Below are positions 37,865-46,208 of a stretch of 64,000 bases of DNA, in pieces; the first letter of the stretch is position 1, and the number at the start of each line of letters is the position of its first letter. The stretch covers positions 108,093 to 172,092 of the forward strand of contig JAMCRP010000002.1 of assembly GCA_023380635.1 (NCBI GenBank). Direction: 5' to 3'. A model generated the notes under the pieces. That model had not been told where the DNA came from. It did no database searches and worked only from the letters and a program-made list of their open reading frames with translations. The translations under genes and the position numbers were made by a program. Source of the stretch: Patescibacteria group bacterium. Its GTDB lineage: Bacteria > Patescibacteriota > Microgenomatia > JAMCZE01.

Positions 37865-38298
37865 TGTTACTTGACCAGCTCCAATCCGAACTTAATACGG
37901 CCCTCAAAAATCGGGATCAGGTGAGGGTGGATACCCTGCGTTTTCTGCTAGGCGCGATCTTTAATTTTCAGATCGAAAAGGGCAAAGACTATGTGGCGAC
38001 AGACAATGATGTTCTCAATGTCATTTCTAAGCAAGTCAAAACCCACAAAGAATCTATCGAAATGTTCCAAAAAGCCGGAAGACAGGACTTAGTCGACCGG
38101 GAACAGTCAGAACTACAGATACTCCAAAGCTATTTACCGGCCCAGATGAGCGAAGAAGAAATAAAAAATAAGATAGAAAAGATAAGAAAGACTAATCCGG
38201 GAGCGGACTTCGGGACTTTAATGAAACTTTCTATGGCCGAGCTAAGAGGCAAGGCTGACGGAGCGGTAGTTGCCCAACTGCTTAGGAGTAATGGCTAA
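37864..38298 (+). CDS. GatB/YqeY domain protein
   Basis: ESIEMFQKAGRQDL..YLPAQMSEEE..GKADG. Confidence 0.93.
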   Translation: MLLDQLQSELNTALKNRDQVRVDTLRFLLGAIFNFQIEKGKDYVATDNDVLNVISKQVKTHKESIEMFQKAGRQDLVDREQSELQILQSYLPAQMSEEEIKNKIEKIRKTNPGADFGTLMKLSMAELRGKADGAVVAQLLRSNG

Positions 38299-38647
38299 AG
38301 TTTTAATTCTGACGGATTCCCGGTATCCGGTTTCCAAACCGAAAATCCAAGCGGCGGTGGAATCCGTCCTCAAATCGAGAAAAATTAACACTAATGTTGA
38401 GGTCTCGATCCTGGTGTGCGGGCGGAGGAAAAGCCAGGAGCTGGCTCACAAGTATCTTCACGACGATAGACCGCATAATGTCTTGTCTTTTCCCCTGGAA
38501 AGTTTCCCGGTGCTGGGAGACATTGTGGTCTGTTACCCCATTGCTCAGGAGGAAGCCAACAGGGATAATGTGCTGGTAGATACCAAGGTTTGTGAGCTGA
38601 TCAGCCACGGCATGCTCCATCTTCTAGGAGAACACCATCCGGAGTAA
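38291..38647 (+). CDS. ybeY: rRNA maturation endoribonuclease YbeY
   Basis: NVLSFP, LGDIVVC, HGMLHLLGEHH. Confidence 0.92.
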   Translation: MAKVLILTDSRYPVSKPKIQAAVESVLKSRKINTNVEVSILVCGRRKSQELAHKYLHDDRPHNVLSFPLESFPVLGDIVVCYPIAQEEANRDNVLVDTKVCELISHGMLHLLGEHHPE

Positions 38648-38657
38648 AATACGCTAG

Positions 38658-40031
38658 ATGTTTTACCGAAAATACCGTCCTCAGGCTTGGGAAGAATTGG
38701 CGACTTCTAAAATTCGCGACACTTTGGGCAAAGCCATTCTTGAAAATAACTGGTCGCATGCTTATCTGCTCACCGGGAGTCGGGGAACAGGAAAAACTAC
38801 CACTGCCCGGCTGATTGCCAAGACTGTCAATTGTACCAATCGTAAGAAAGGCGAGGAGCCCTGCAATAAGTGTGATTCCTGTGTGGCCATAACGGAAGGG
38901 CGCAGTCTCGATGTCATCGAAATTGACGCGGCTTCCAACACCGGTGTAGACGATATTCGCGATCTTCGGGAGAAAGTGAAACTGGCGCCGGCTAGTTCTA
39001 AATATAAAGTCTACATTATTGACGAAGTTCATATGCTTTCGACTTCGGCCTTTAACGCTTTACTGAAGACTTTGGAAGAACCTCCGGCTCAGGTGATTTT
39101 TATCCTGGCGACAACAGATCCCCAGAAACTTCCGGAAACGATTGTGTCGCGCTGTTTGGTTTATGATTTCGGCCGGGCAAAGGAAGAGGAAATAAAAAAT
39201 CGGCTGACAAAAATTGCGGAGTTTGAAAAAATAGAAATCAAAGAAGAGGTTCTGACAGTAGTGGCGCAAAGAGCCAACGGGTCGCATCGTGACGCCCAGA
39301 AAATTCTTGAGCAGTTGATCTCCTCGGGTGCTAAAGCAGACTTGGAGCGTCTAGAAGCGCTAAACCTCACACAAAATGAAGATGTCGCCAGAAAACTTCT
39401 GAGGCTTTTGGCGCAACATAAACAAACCGAGGCGCTTAAGGAAATTGAAACTTTTGTGGCGGCCAACGGAAAATTTAAAGATTTAATTCTGGCGATGATC
39501 TCTCAACTTCGGGATATTCTTGTATTCGGAAAGAGGGAAGCAGGAATAAACGACACAAAAATATTAATTGAGAAGTTAATAGAGGCGAATTCTATGCTTC
39601 GGGATAGTCCGCTGCCTTCTTTGCCGCTGGAATTAGTGGTCGTGGAATGGTGCCGGGTTCCAGATGATAGCGGGAGACAGAAGGCAGAAAACAGATCCGA
39701 GGAAACAGAAAACAGAACCGGGGCAATTAAAGACACGGAACATAAAGAGAAAGAGAAAACCACGGACGATGGAAGCGGATATCAGTCAATAGTAGATAAA
39801 TGGGCGGAGATTGTCGCGGCGACAAAACCTTACAATCATAGTCTCAATGCTTTTCTGAAAGCGGCCAACCCCCAGGAAATAAGTAACGGCTTTCTCGTTA
39901 TTGGTGTGGCCTACAAATTCCACAAAGAAAAATTGGAAGAACCCAAAAACAGGGACGTTTTGGAACAGGTTATCTCTGATATAATAGAAAAAGAAATAAA
40001 GGTTAAGTTTAAACTTAACGAAAAGAAATGA
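38658..40031 (+). CDS. dnaX: DNA polymerase III subunit gamma/tau
   Basis: YRKYRP, GSRGTGKTT, EIDAASN, IIDEVHML, SRC. Confidence 0.96.
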   Translation: MFYRKYRPQAWEELATSKIRDTLGKAILENNWSHAYLLTGSRGTGKTTTARLIAKTVNCTNRKKGEEPCNKCDSCVAITEGRSLDVIEIDAASNTGVDDIRDLREKVKLAPASSKYKVYIIDEVHMLSTSAFNALLKTLEEPPAQVIFILATTDPQKLPETIVSRCLVYDFGRAKEEEIKNRLTKIAEFEKIEIKEEVLTVVAQRANGSHRDAQKILEQLISSGAKADLERLEALNLTQNEDVARKLLRLLAQHKQTEALKEIETFVAANGKFKDLILAMISQLRDILVFGKREAGINDTKILIEKLIEANSMLRDSPLPSLPLELVVVEWCRVPDDSGRQKAENRSEETENRTGAIKDTEHKEKEKTTDDGSGYQSIVDKWAEIVAATKPYNHSLNAFLKAANPQEISNGFLVIGVAYKFHKEKLEEPKNRDVLEQVISDIIEKEIKVKFKLNEKK

Positions 40032-40042
40032 GGTGAAGGTTA

Positions 40043-40324
40043 ATGGGAATGTTTGACGGCTTAAAACAGCTCGGTGACCTGAATCAAATGCGCCAGCAGG
40101 CGCAAAAAATCCAGCAACAGCTGGCGGCTGAAAAGGTTGAAGTGACCAAACAGACAGCGAAAGGCCAGCTGAAAATTGTCCTGACCGGTGACCAAAAAGT
40201 TCTGGAAATTTCCTGGGACGGACAACGCGACTTCGAGCTGGAACAGGCTCTGGGCGAAGCACTTTATAAATCACAGATGATTGCGGCAAGCAAGTTACAG
40301 GATTTGACTGGAGGGGTGCAGTAA
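40043..40324 (+). CDS. YbaB/EbfC nucleoid-associated protein
   Basis: MRQQAQKIQQQL; between dnaX and recR. Confidence 0.85.
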   Translation: MGMFDGLKQLGDLNQMRQQAQKIQQQLAAEKVEVTKQTAKGQLKIVLTGDQKVLEISWDGQRDFELEQALGEALYKSQMIAASKLQDLTGGVQ

Positions 40325-40325
40325 G

Positions 40326-40943
40326 GTGCCGTTTCCGAAACAAATTCGCGATTTGATTGAAGCGTTTGAAAGACTACCGGGGGTAGGGGAAAAAACCGCC
40401 CAACGGCTAACTTTCTATTTACTTCATGTTCCCGAGCCGGAAATTAACAAGCTTGGTAATGCTGTCTTAAATCTTAAAAAAGAGATCTTTATTTGTTCAA
40501 TCTGCAAGAATATCAGCGATAAACAAATCTGCGAAATATGTTCGGACCAGACCCGCGACCATAGTACTATCTGTGTCGTCGAGCAGCCTTTGGATGTTTT
40601 TAGCCTCGAAAGTACCGGCAAGTATCACGGGGTATATCATGTCCTGCACGGCGTGATTGATCCGCTCCATAACATTGGGCCGGAGGAACTGTATATCGAA
40701 GATATGATTGAGAGAGTCAGCGGGAAAGGAGATAAGGTAAAAGAAGTTATTCTGGCCCTGAACCCGACTATGGAAGGCGAAGCAACGGCCATGTACATTG
40801 CCAATAAAATTCGATCCGCCAAAAGGGCGGACGAATTTCGAATTTCCCGTTTGGGTATGGGGATGCCCACGGGTGGGGATATCCAGTACGCCGATGAGAC
40901 TACTCTCTCCCGTGCGCTTGAGGGGCGAAGGAATTACGAGTAG
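40326..40943 (+). CDS. recR: Recombination protein RecR
   Basis: LPGVGEKTAQR HhH, C4 Zn finger, YHVLHG, NPTMEGEATA. Confidence 0.96.
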   Translation: MPFPKQIRDLIEAFERLPGVGEKTAQRLTFYLLHVPEPEINKLGNAVLNLKKEIFICSICKNISDKQICEICSDQTRDHSTICVVEQPLDVFSLESTGKYHGVYHVLHGVIDPLHNIGPEELYIEDMIERVSGKGDKVKEVILALNPTMEGEATAMYIANKIRSAKRADEFRISRLGMGMPTGGDIQYADETTLSRALEGRRNYE

Positions 40944-40952
40944 AATAGCTCT

Positions 40953-41924
40953 ATGGGGAAGATAATTAAGCCCAAAGCTCTTTCCAAAGGAGATACTGTC
41001 GCGATTGTGGCCCCTTCCGAGCCGGTAACTAAAGCTAACCTTGAGAGCGCTGTCCGGTTTTTGGGAAATATGGGCTTTAAAGTCAAAACCGGAGGGAACA
41101 TTCTGAAAGCCATCGGCGATTATGTGGCCGGAACGCCGGTCGACCGGGCGGCAGATTTCAACTGGGCTTTTTCAGATCCAGAAGTTTGCGCCGTGCTTTT
41201 TGCCGTCGGCGGCATGGGCGCCTCGCAGATTCTGGACAAAATCGACTTCGATAACATTAAAAATAATCCCAAGATTTTCGTCGGCTATTCCGACGCGACG
41301 ACTTTGCAACTGGCGATTTTGGCGAAAACCGGGTTGTTAACTTTTCACGGTCCCAACGCGCTATCTTTGCCGGATTTCCGGACAACAGGCTACACCCTGT
41401 CCAATTTTTGGAAGATGCTTTCCTTACCCCAAAGCGAAGCTGGCACCACCGTTGTCGAGCCGCAATCAGTCTGGCAGGAAGTCCGGCCCGGCGCGGCGGA
41501 AGGGGTTTTATTTGGCGGCAATTTAAGTTGTGTCTGTAAGCTTTTGGGGACAGAGTGGGACCCGTTCGTGGGACTGGACCGGCAGTTCGGCCCGGAAACA
41601 AAATATCTTTTTTTCTGGGAAGAGGATTACGAGCAGTTTTCGGAGATTATGCGCAATCTCTGGCAGATCAGAAACACCGGTTTCTTTAAGAAAATTGCCG
41701 GGATGATTGTGGGCAAACTGACAGCGGTCGCGGAGGTAGACTACCAGAATTTTCCGACCAAAAAAGAATTAATCCGGGAGATTTCCGAACCCTTTGGGTT
41801 CCCGATTCTTTACGGCGTGGATTTTGGCCACGAAGTGCCCAGAACAACCATTCCGATCGGTGTTCAGGCAAAAATGGATACGGCGACAAAAAAGCTGGAA
41901 ATTCTGGAAGCGGCAGTGGTATAA
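40953..41924 (+). CDS. LD-carboxypeptidase (S66)
   Basis: IVAPS, GYSDAT, GGNL, EE, DFGH. Confidence 0.92.
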   Translation: MGKIIKPKALSKGDTVAIVAPSEPVTKANLESAVRFLGNMGFKVKTGGNILKAIGDYVAGTPVDRAADFNWAFSDPEVCAVLFAVGGMGASQILDKIDFDNIKNNPKIFVGYSDATTLQLAILAKTGLLTFHGPNALSLPDFRTTGYTLSNFWKMLSLPQSEAGTTVVEPQSVWQEVRPGAAEGVLFGGNLSCVCKLLGTEWDPFVGLDRQFGPETKYLFFWEEDYEQFSEIMRNLWQIRNTGFFKKIAGMIVGKLTAVAEVDYQNFPTKKELIREISEPFGFPILYGVDFGHEVPRTTIPIGVQAKMDTATKKLEILEAAVV

Positions 41925-41939
41925 AATGGGTCCTGCCAG

Positions 41940-42082
41940 GCCTTGGTGGCTAGGTAATTTGTTCTCGCGCTCGGCCGCGATCCCGAGTACTCATTACATT
42001 CAGTAAATGTAACCGTTTCCTGATTCAGGTGCCCGGGCCGCTTACCCTCGCGCTGCGAAAAATTACCCACGCCGCCATAAGT
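41940..42082. ncRNA. Unidentified ~140-nt rod-like structured RNA candidate
   Basis: TGGTGGC/GCCGCCA, GGTAATTT/AAATTACC, CCCGAGTAC/GTGCCCGGG nested stems with two apical hairpins. Confidence 0.5.
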
Positions 42083-42094
42083 TATAATGAAATT

Positions 42095-42529
42095 ATGGAT
42101 AATCCGTTACGGCAGGTTACTGATGAAATGGGAGAGCTGGGCAAAGACACGGCCAAAACTTTTGTCCGGGATGTGGTCAAAGGCGTCCCAAAATCGATAA
42201 AGACACAGGTAGTTGGACAGACAATAGATAACGGATCCGGGACAGCGGACAAGAAACAAGATACAAGAAACAAGAAAATGGATCCGGTGACGGGAAAACC
42301 AATCCCCACAAAAAAAGCCCTGACGCAATTGACCCAAGCAACGGCCCAATATCAAAAAACAAAACTGCAAAAACTGCGGGAAGAGTTCGACAAGATGAAA
42401 CTGCCGTCGGCTACGCCGGAGAAAAAGCAGGAAGAACTAATCGCCAAGAAAAAGTCCTTTGATGTCGTGGCTCAAACTCTCAAAAGTGCCGAATCAACCG
42501 GCGAGTTTGGAAGACAGGTGGGAGGATAA
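42095..42529 (+). CDS. Lys-rich hypothetical protein
   Basis: TATAAT-N6-ATG at 42095; contains heptamer repeat tracts. Confidence 0.65.
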   Translation: MDNPLRQVTDEMGELGKDTAKTFVRDVVKGVPKSIKTQVVGQTIDNGSGTADKKQDTRNKKMDPVTGKPIPTKKALTQLTQATAQYQKTKLQKLREEFDKMKLPSATPEKKQEELIAKKKSFDVVAQTLKSAESTGEFGRQVGG

Positions 42530-42531
42530 TA

Positions 42532-43233
42532 ATGTTTTATTTGAATTACCGCTATGCTTATTTAATCGGTGATCTATTAATCTGTTTTCCTGTCTGGTTG
42601 CTGCTTTTTCTGCGCCGCAGGGATTTAGGAAAGGAGATCTTACTGGCGAGTGTAATTTGTGCTTTATTGGGTCCGATTTCCGAATTTTGGTATCTTCGTG
42701 ACTATTGGCATCCACAGACAATCACCGGAACCGGTTTTGGTATCGAAGACGTTTTGTTCGGTTTTTTTATTGGTGGGATCGGAGTGTCGTTATACGAAGA
42801 GGTATTTGGTGAGAGATTTGCCAAGAGGGCTGACCGAAAACATCACTGGACATGGCTATTATTGCCTTTTACGGGATTAGGTTTGCTTGTTTTGAACGGC
42901 CTGAACCTATATTTGGGGATAAATTCTATTTATGCTTCCAGTATAATGTTTTTTGTCCTGGCCTTAACTATGTTGTGGTTTCGCCGCGATCTGTGTATCG
43001 ACGCCTTTGTCAGCGGAATTCTTTTAACACTGTTTGGCTTTCTTGCTTATAGAGGGTTGCTGACGGTTTTTCCGGAGTTAATTTTCAGGTGGTGGAAACT
43101 GGAAAATATCAGTGGAGTATTATTATCTGGTATTCCGGCCGAAGAACTACTTTGGGCTTTTACTTTTGGTCTGGTTGCCGGGCCGGCATATGAATTCTTT
43201 GCGGGATTAAAGCTTAAAAACTTGAAGAAATGA
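42532..43233 (+). CDS. Lycopene-cyclase-domain-like membrane protein (duplicated)
   Basis: Two TM repeats ending in GIEDVLF and IPAEELLWAF. Confidence 0.65.
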   Translation: MFYLNYRYAYLIGDLLICFPVWLLLFLRRRDLGKEILLASVICALLGPISEFWYLRDYWHPQTITGTGFGIEDVLFGFFIGGIGVSLYEEVFGERFAKRADRKHHWTWLLLPFTGLGLLVLNGLNLYLGINSIYASSIMFFVLALTMLWFRRDLCIDAFVSGILLTLFGFLAYRGLLTVFPELIFRWWKLENISGVLLSGIPAEELLWAFTFGLVAGPAYEFFAGLKLKNLKK

Positions 43234-44540
43234 AAATATATAACACTTTGACCCGGAAAGTTGAGGAGTTGAAGCCGATCTCCGATCGGAAAATAAATAT
43301 GTTTGTTTGTGGGCCAACGGTTTATGACTATGCCCATATCGGCAACGCCCGAACCTACATTAATTTTGATTTTTTTGTTAAATATCTGCGTTTTCGCGGC
43401 TTCGATGTTTTCTATCTGCAAAACATTACCGATATCGACGACAAGATAATCGCCCGGTCAAAAGAGCGGATGATCAGCTGGGAGACTTTGGCCAAAGAGT
43501 ACGAAGAAAAATATTATGAAGACATGGCCGCGTTGGGAGTGACGGCGGTAGCCGAATACGCCCGGGCCACGGATTATATTCCCCAAATCGTCCGCCAGGT
43601 AAAAATTCTCCTGGAGAAGGGCTATGCCTACAAAACTTCCGACGGTGTTTATTATGACATCTTCAAATTTGCTGACTACGGTAAGCTGTCAGGTCGGACC
43701 GAAGCAGACCAAAATGCCGGGGTTTCCCGGATTGACGAAAGTTTGGATAAGAAAAATAAGAACGATTTTGCTCTCTGGAAATTTTCCAGACCAGACGAAC
43801 CGTCCTGGGAGACTGAACTTGGCCGGGGTCGGCCCGGATGGCATATTGAAGACACAGCCATTACCGAAGCCCATTTTGGGTCCCAGTATGACATCCATGG
43901 CGCGGCAGTGGATTTAATGTTTCCGCATCACGAGGCAGAAATTGCCCAGATGGAAGCGATTTCCGGCAAAAAACCGCTGGCAAAGTATTGGATGCACGCT
44001 GCTTTTTTGAATATGAACTCGCAAAAGATGAGTAAAAGCAAAGGAAACTTTACGACGGCTCGGGAAGCGACCCAAAAGTGGGGGGTTAGGCTCCTAAGGT
44101 TCTTTTTTATCAGCAGTCATTATCGGACAGTCCTGGACTATTCGGAGGCAAGTTTAGAACAGGCCAAAGGAGCCCTGGAAAGACTGGATGGATTTATTCT
44201 CAAGATTGATAAAACCAAAGAAGACGATATCAGTCAATTAAAAACAGAAGTCCTCGCGGCCCTGGACAATGATTTTGACACCCCCAAGGCATTAGCGGTG
44301 CTCTTTGATTACATCCGCGACAATCGCGACAAAGCCGGTAAAAATGCTTACGCCTTTTTGCAGGAATTAAACGCTGTTTTCGGTTTTCTGATCTTTGAAA
44401 AAGAAGTCCCGGAAGAAATCCAGAAGCTAATCAATAAGCGGGAGGCGCTTCGTAAAGAGAAAAAATACGCGGAAGCTGATAAACTGAGAGAGGAAATAGA
44501 AGCAAAGGGGTATAAAATAGAAGATAGAGCAATAAAATAA
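43230..44540 (+). CDS. cysS: Cysteine--tRNA ligase
   Basis: CGPTVY, HIGN, GRPGWHIE, FPHHE, KMSKS. Confidence 0.96.
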   Translation: MKIYNTLTRKVEELKPISDRKINMFVCGPTVYDYAHIGNARTYINFDFFVKYLRFRGFDVFYLQNITDIDDKIIARSKERMISWETLAKEYEEKYYEDMAALGVTAVAEYARATDYIPQIVRQVKILLEKGYAYKTSDGVYYDIFKFADYGKLSGRTEADQNAGVSRIDESLDKKNKNDFALWKFSRPDEPSWETELGRGRPGWHIEDTAITEAHFGSQYDIHGAAVDLMFPHHEAEIAQMEAISGKKPLAKYWMHAAFLNMNSQKMSKSKGNFTTAREATQKWGVRLLRFFFISSHYRTVLDYSEASLEQAKGALERLDGFILKIDKTKEDDISQLKTEVLAALDNDFDTPKALAVLFDYIRDNRDKAGKNAYAFLQELNAVFGFLIFEKEVPEEIQKLINKREALRKEKKYAEADKLREEIEAKGYKIEDRAIK

Positions 44541-44545
44541 CACTT

Positions 44546-45259
44546 GTGTCGCTGCCCAGATATTTACAAATCATTTTAGGAATTGTTGGCTTCATTTTTA
44601 TCGGTAATCTCGTGCTGCTGGATTATTTCTTTGTTTCTCAGCGAGGCGATCTTTTAGATTTTCAGGCCCGGTTGAGCCAGCTTTCGGGCTCTTTTACCAA
44701 TCTCAGCGCCAGGATATACACCGCTCCGGCAGGCAACCCGGCGGAAGTAAAATCTCCGACTCCGGCGCCGGCACCGACAAACGAGGCTTGCCCGCAAACT
44801 TGTTTAACCGCGATTGACACTGCAGTCAAAACCGTCAATACTTCCCGGTCGGTGGTGACAACGACCACTACCGCCCCGGCAGCGCCAAGAGGGGAGTATT
44901 TTATTCCCTTAGGCTCCGGGTCGGTGAGCAATACTGACTACAGTAACACTAACTGGAAAACAATTGACGCCGCTCAGGCCACTTTTGATATTAGTAATTA
45001 CGGCAACGTTAAAGCGGTCTACTTTGAAGCTACACTGAGAAACGGGTCCATAGGCGAAGCCCACGCGCGGCTTTTTGACAGCACCACGCCGCTGGTCTTT
45101 TTCAATTCTGAAGTTTACGCTTCGACCTCAACTGCGACTTTTATTTCGACGCCGATATCTATTACCAGCCCGGGCCCAAAAACTTATAAAGTCCAGATGT
45201 ATTCCACTCTTTCCACCGGCTACCTCGACCAAGCCAGAATTCGGATTGTGACGCAATAG
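44546..45259 (+). CDS. Membrane-anchored Thr/Ser-rich hypothetical protein
   Basis: N-terminal TM, Pro/Thr linker, CxxxC, beta-rich C-terminus. Confidence 0.7.
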   Translation: MSLPRYLQIILGIVGFIFIGNLVLLDYFFVSQRGDLLDFQARLSQLSGSFTNLSARIYTAPAGNPAEVKSPTPAPAPTNEACPQTCLTAIDTAVKTVNTSRSVVTTTTTAPAAPRGEYFIPLGSGSVSNTDYSNTNWKTIDAAQATFDISNYGNVKAVYFEATLRNGSIGEAHARLFDSTTPLVFFNSEVYASTSTATFISTPISITSPGPKTYKVQMYSTLSTGYLDQARIRIVTQ

Positions 45260-45305
45260 ATGTTTCCCGCTTTACGCCCTTCGTGAATGTCGGTACAATG
45301 GCGAT

Positions 45306-46208
45306 ATGGCGAGAAAGAATACTACCGGCCAACCTTTAAACAGTAACAAAGTGTGGGGATTTTTGGCTCTTTGCGGGGCGCTAACCACTATTATGTTGGC
45401 AATCAATTTTTGGTATAACCCAGCCAAAAAATTGCCGGAGTCAACGGTAAACGACTATTATCCGGCCGCAGTGTTTAAGATTCCCGAAGAAGTTTTGAAA
45501 GAACGAATCGCGACCCAATCTGCCCAGACAATGCGAATTCCCATTATAATGTACCACTACATCGAATATGTCGACAAAACCAAAGATCCGGGGAGATTTA
45601 ATTTGGCCACCGCGCCGGCAGTTTTGGGAAAAGAGGTTTCTTCATTAAAATCAGCTAATTACCATTTTCTTTTCGCCAGGGAAGTGCCGGATATCTTGGC
45701 GGCGAAACAGGCAATGCCGCAAAAGCCGGTAGTTTTGACTTTTGATGACGGTTATGAAGATTTTTATTACAATGCGCTGCCGATTCTCAAAAAATATAAC
45801 GCGAAAGGGACGATTTACATAATTGTCGATTTTATCGGCCGGCCGGGGTATCTTACCTTGAAGGAACTGGAAAAAATTCGGGATAGCGGGGTAGTAGAAA
45901 TCGGGGCGCATACTCTGCATCACGCCTATCTTAAAGGCCTAAATATTAATACTGCCAAGAGAGAGATTGTTGGCAGCAAGACGAAACTTGAAAGCCTATT
46001 GGGGATCGGAGTGCCGTCGCTGGCCTATCCTTACGGCGCGTTTTCTCAAGATACCATTAATATTACTAAAGCGGCCGGGTTCACCAATGCGGTGTCCGTC
46101 ATCCCCGGGGTGAATCAATCAATGGATAATGAGTATTATCTCTATCGCCTTCGCCCCGGCTACCTGGGTTACGCTAACCCGGCCAAAAGTTTGGATAATT
46201 ACAAATAA
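45306..46208 (+). CDS. Polysaccharide deacetylase (CE4)
   Basis: PIIMYH, LTFDDGYED, GAHTLHH, AYPYG. Confidence 0.93.
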   Translation: MARKNTTGQPLNSNKVWGFLALCGALTTIMLAINFWYNPAKKLPESTVNDYYPAAVFKIPEEVLKERIATQSAQTMRIPIIMYHYIEYVDKTKDPGRFNLATAPAVLGKEVSSLKSANYHFLFAREVPDILAAKQAMPQKPVVLTFDDGYEDFYYNALPILKKYNAKGTIYIIVDFIGRPGYLTLKELEKIRDSGVVEIGAHTLHHAYLKGLNINTAKREIVGSKTKLESLLGIGVPSLAYPYGAFSQDTINITKAAGFTNAVSVIPGVNQSMDNEYYLYRLRPGYLGYANPAKSLDNYK

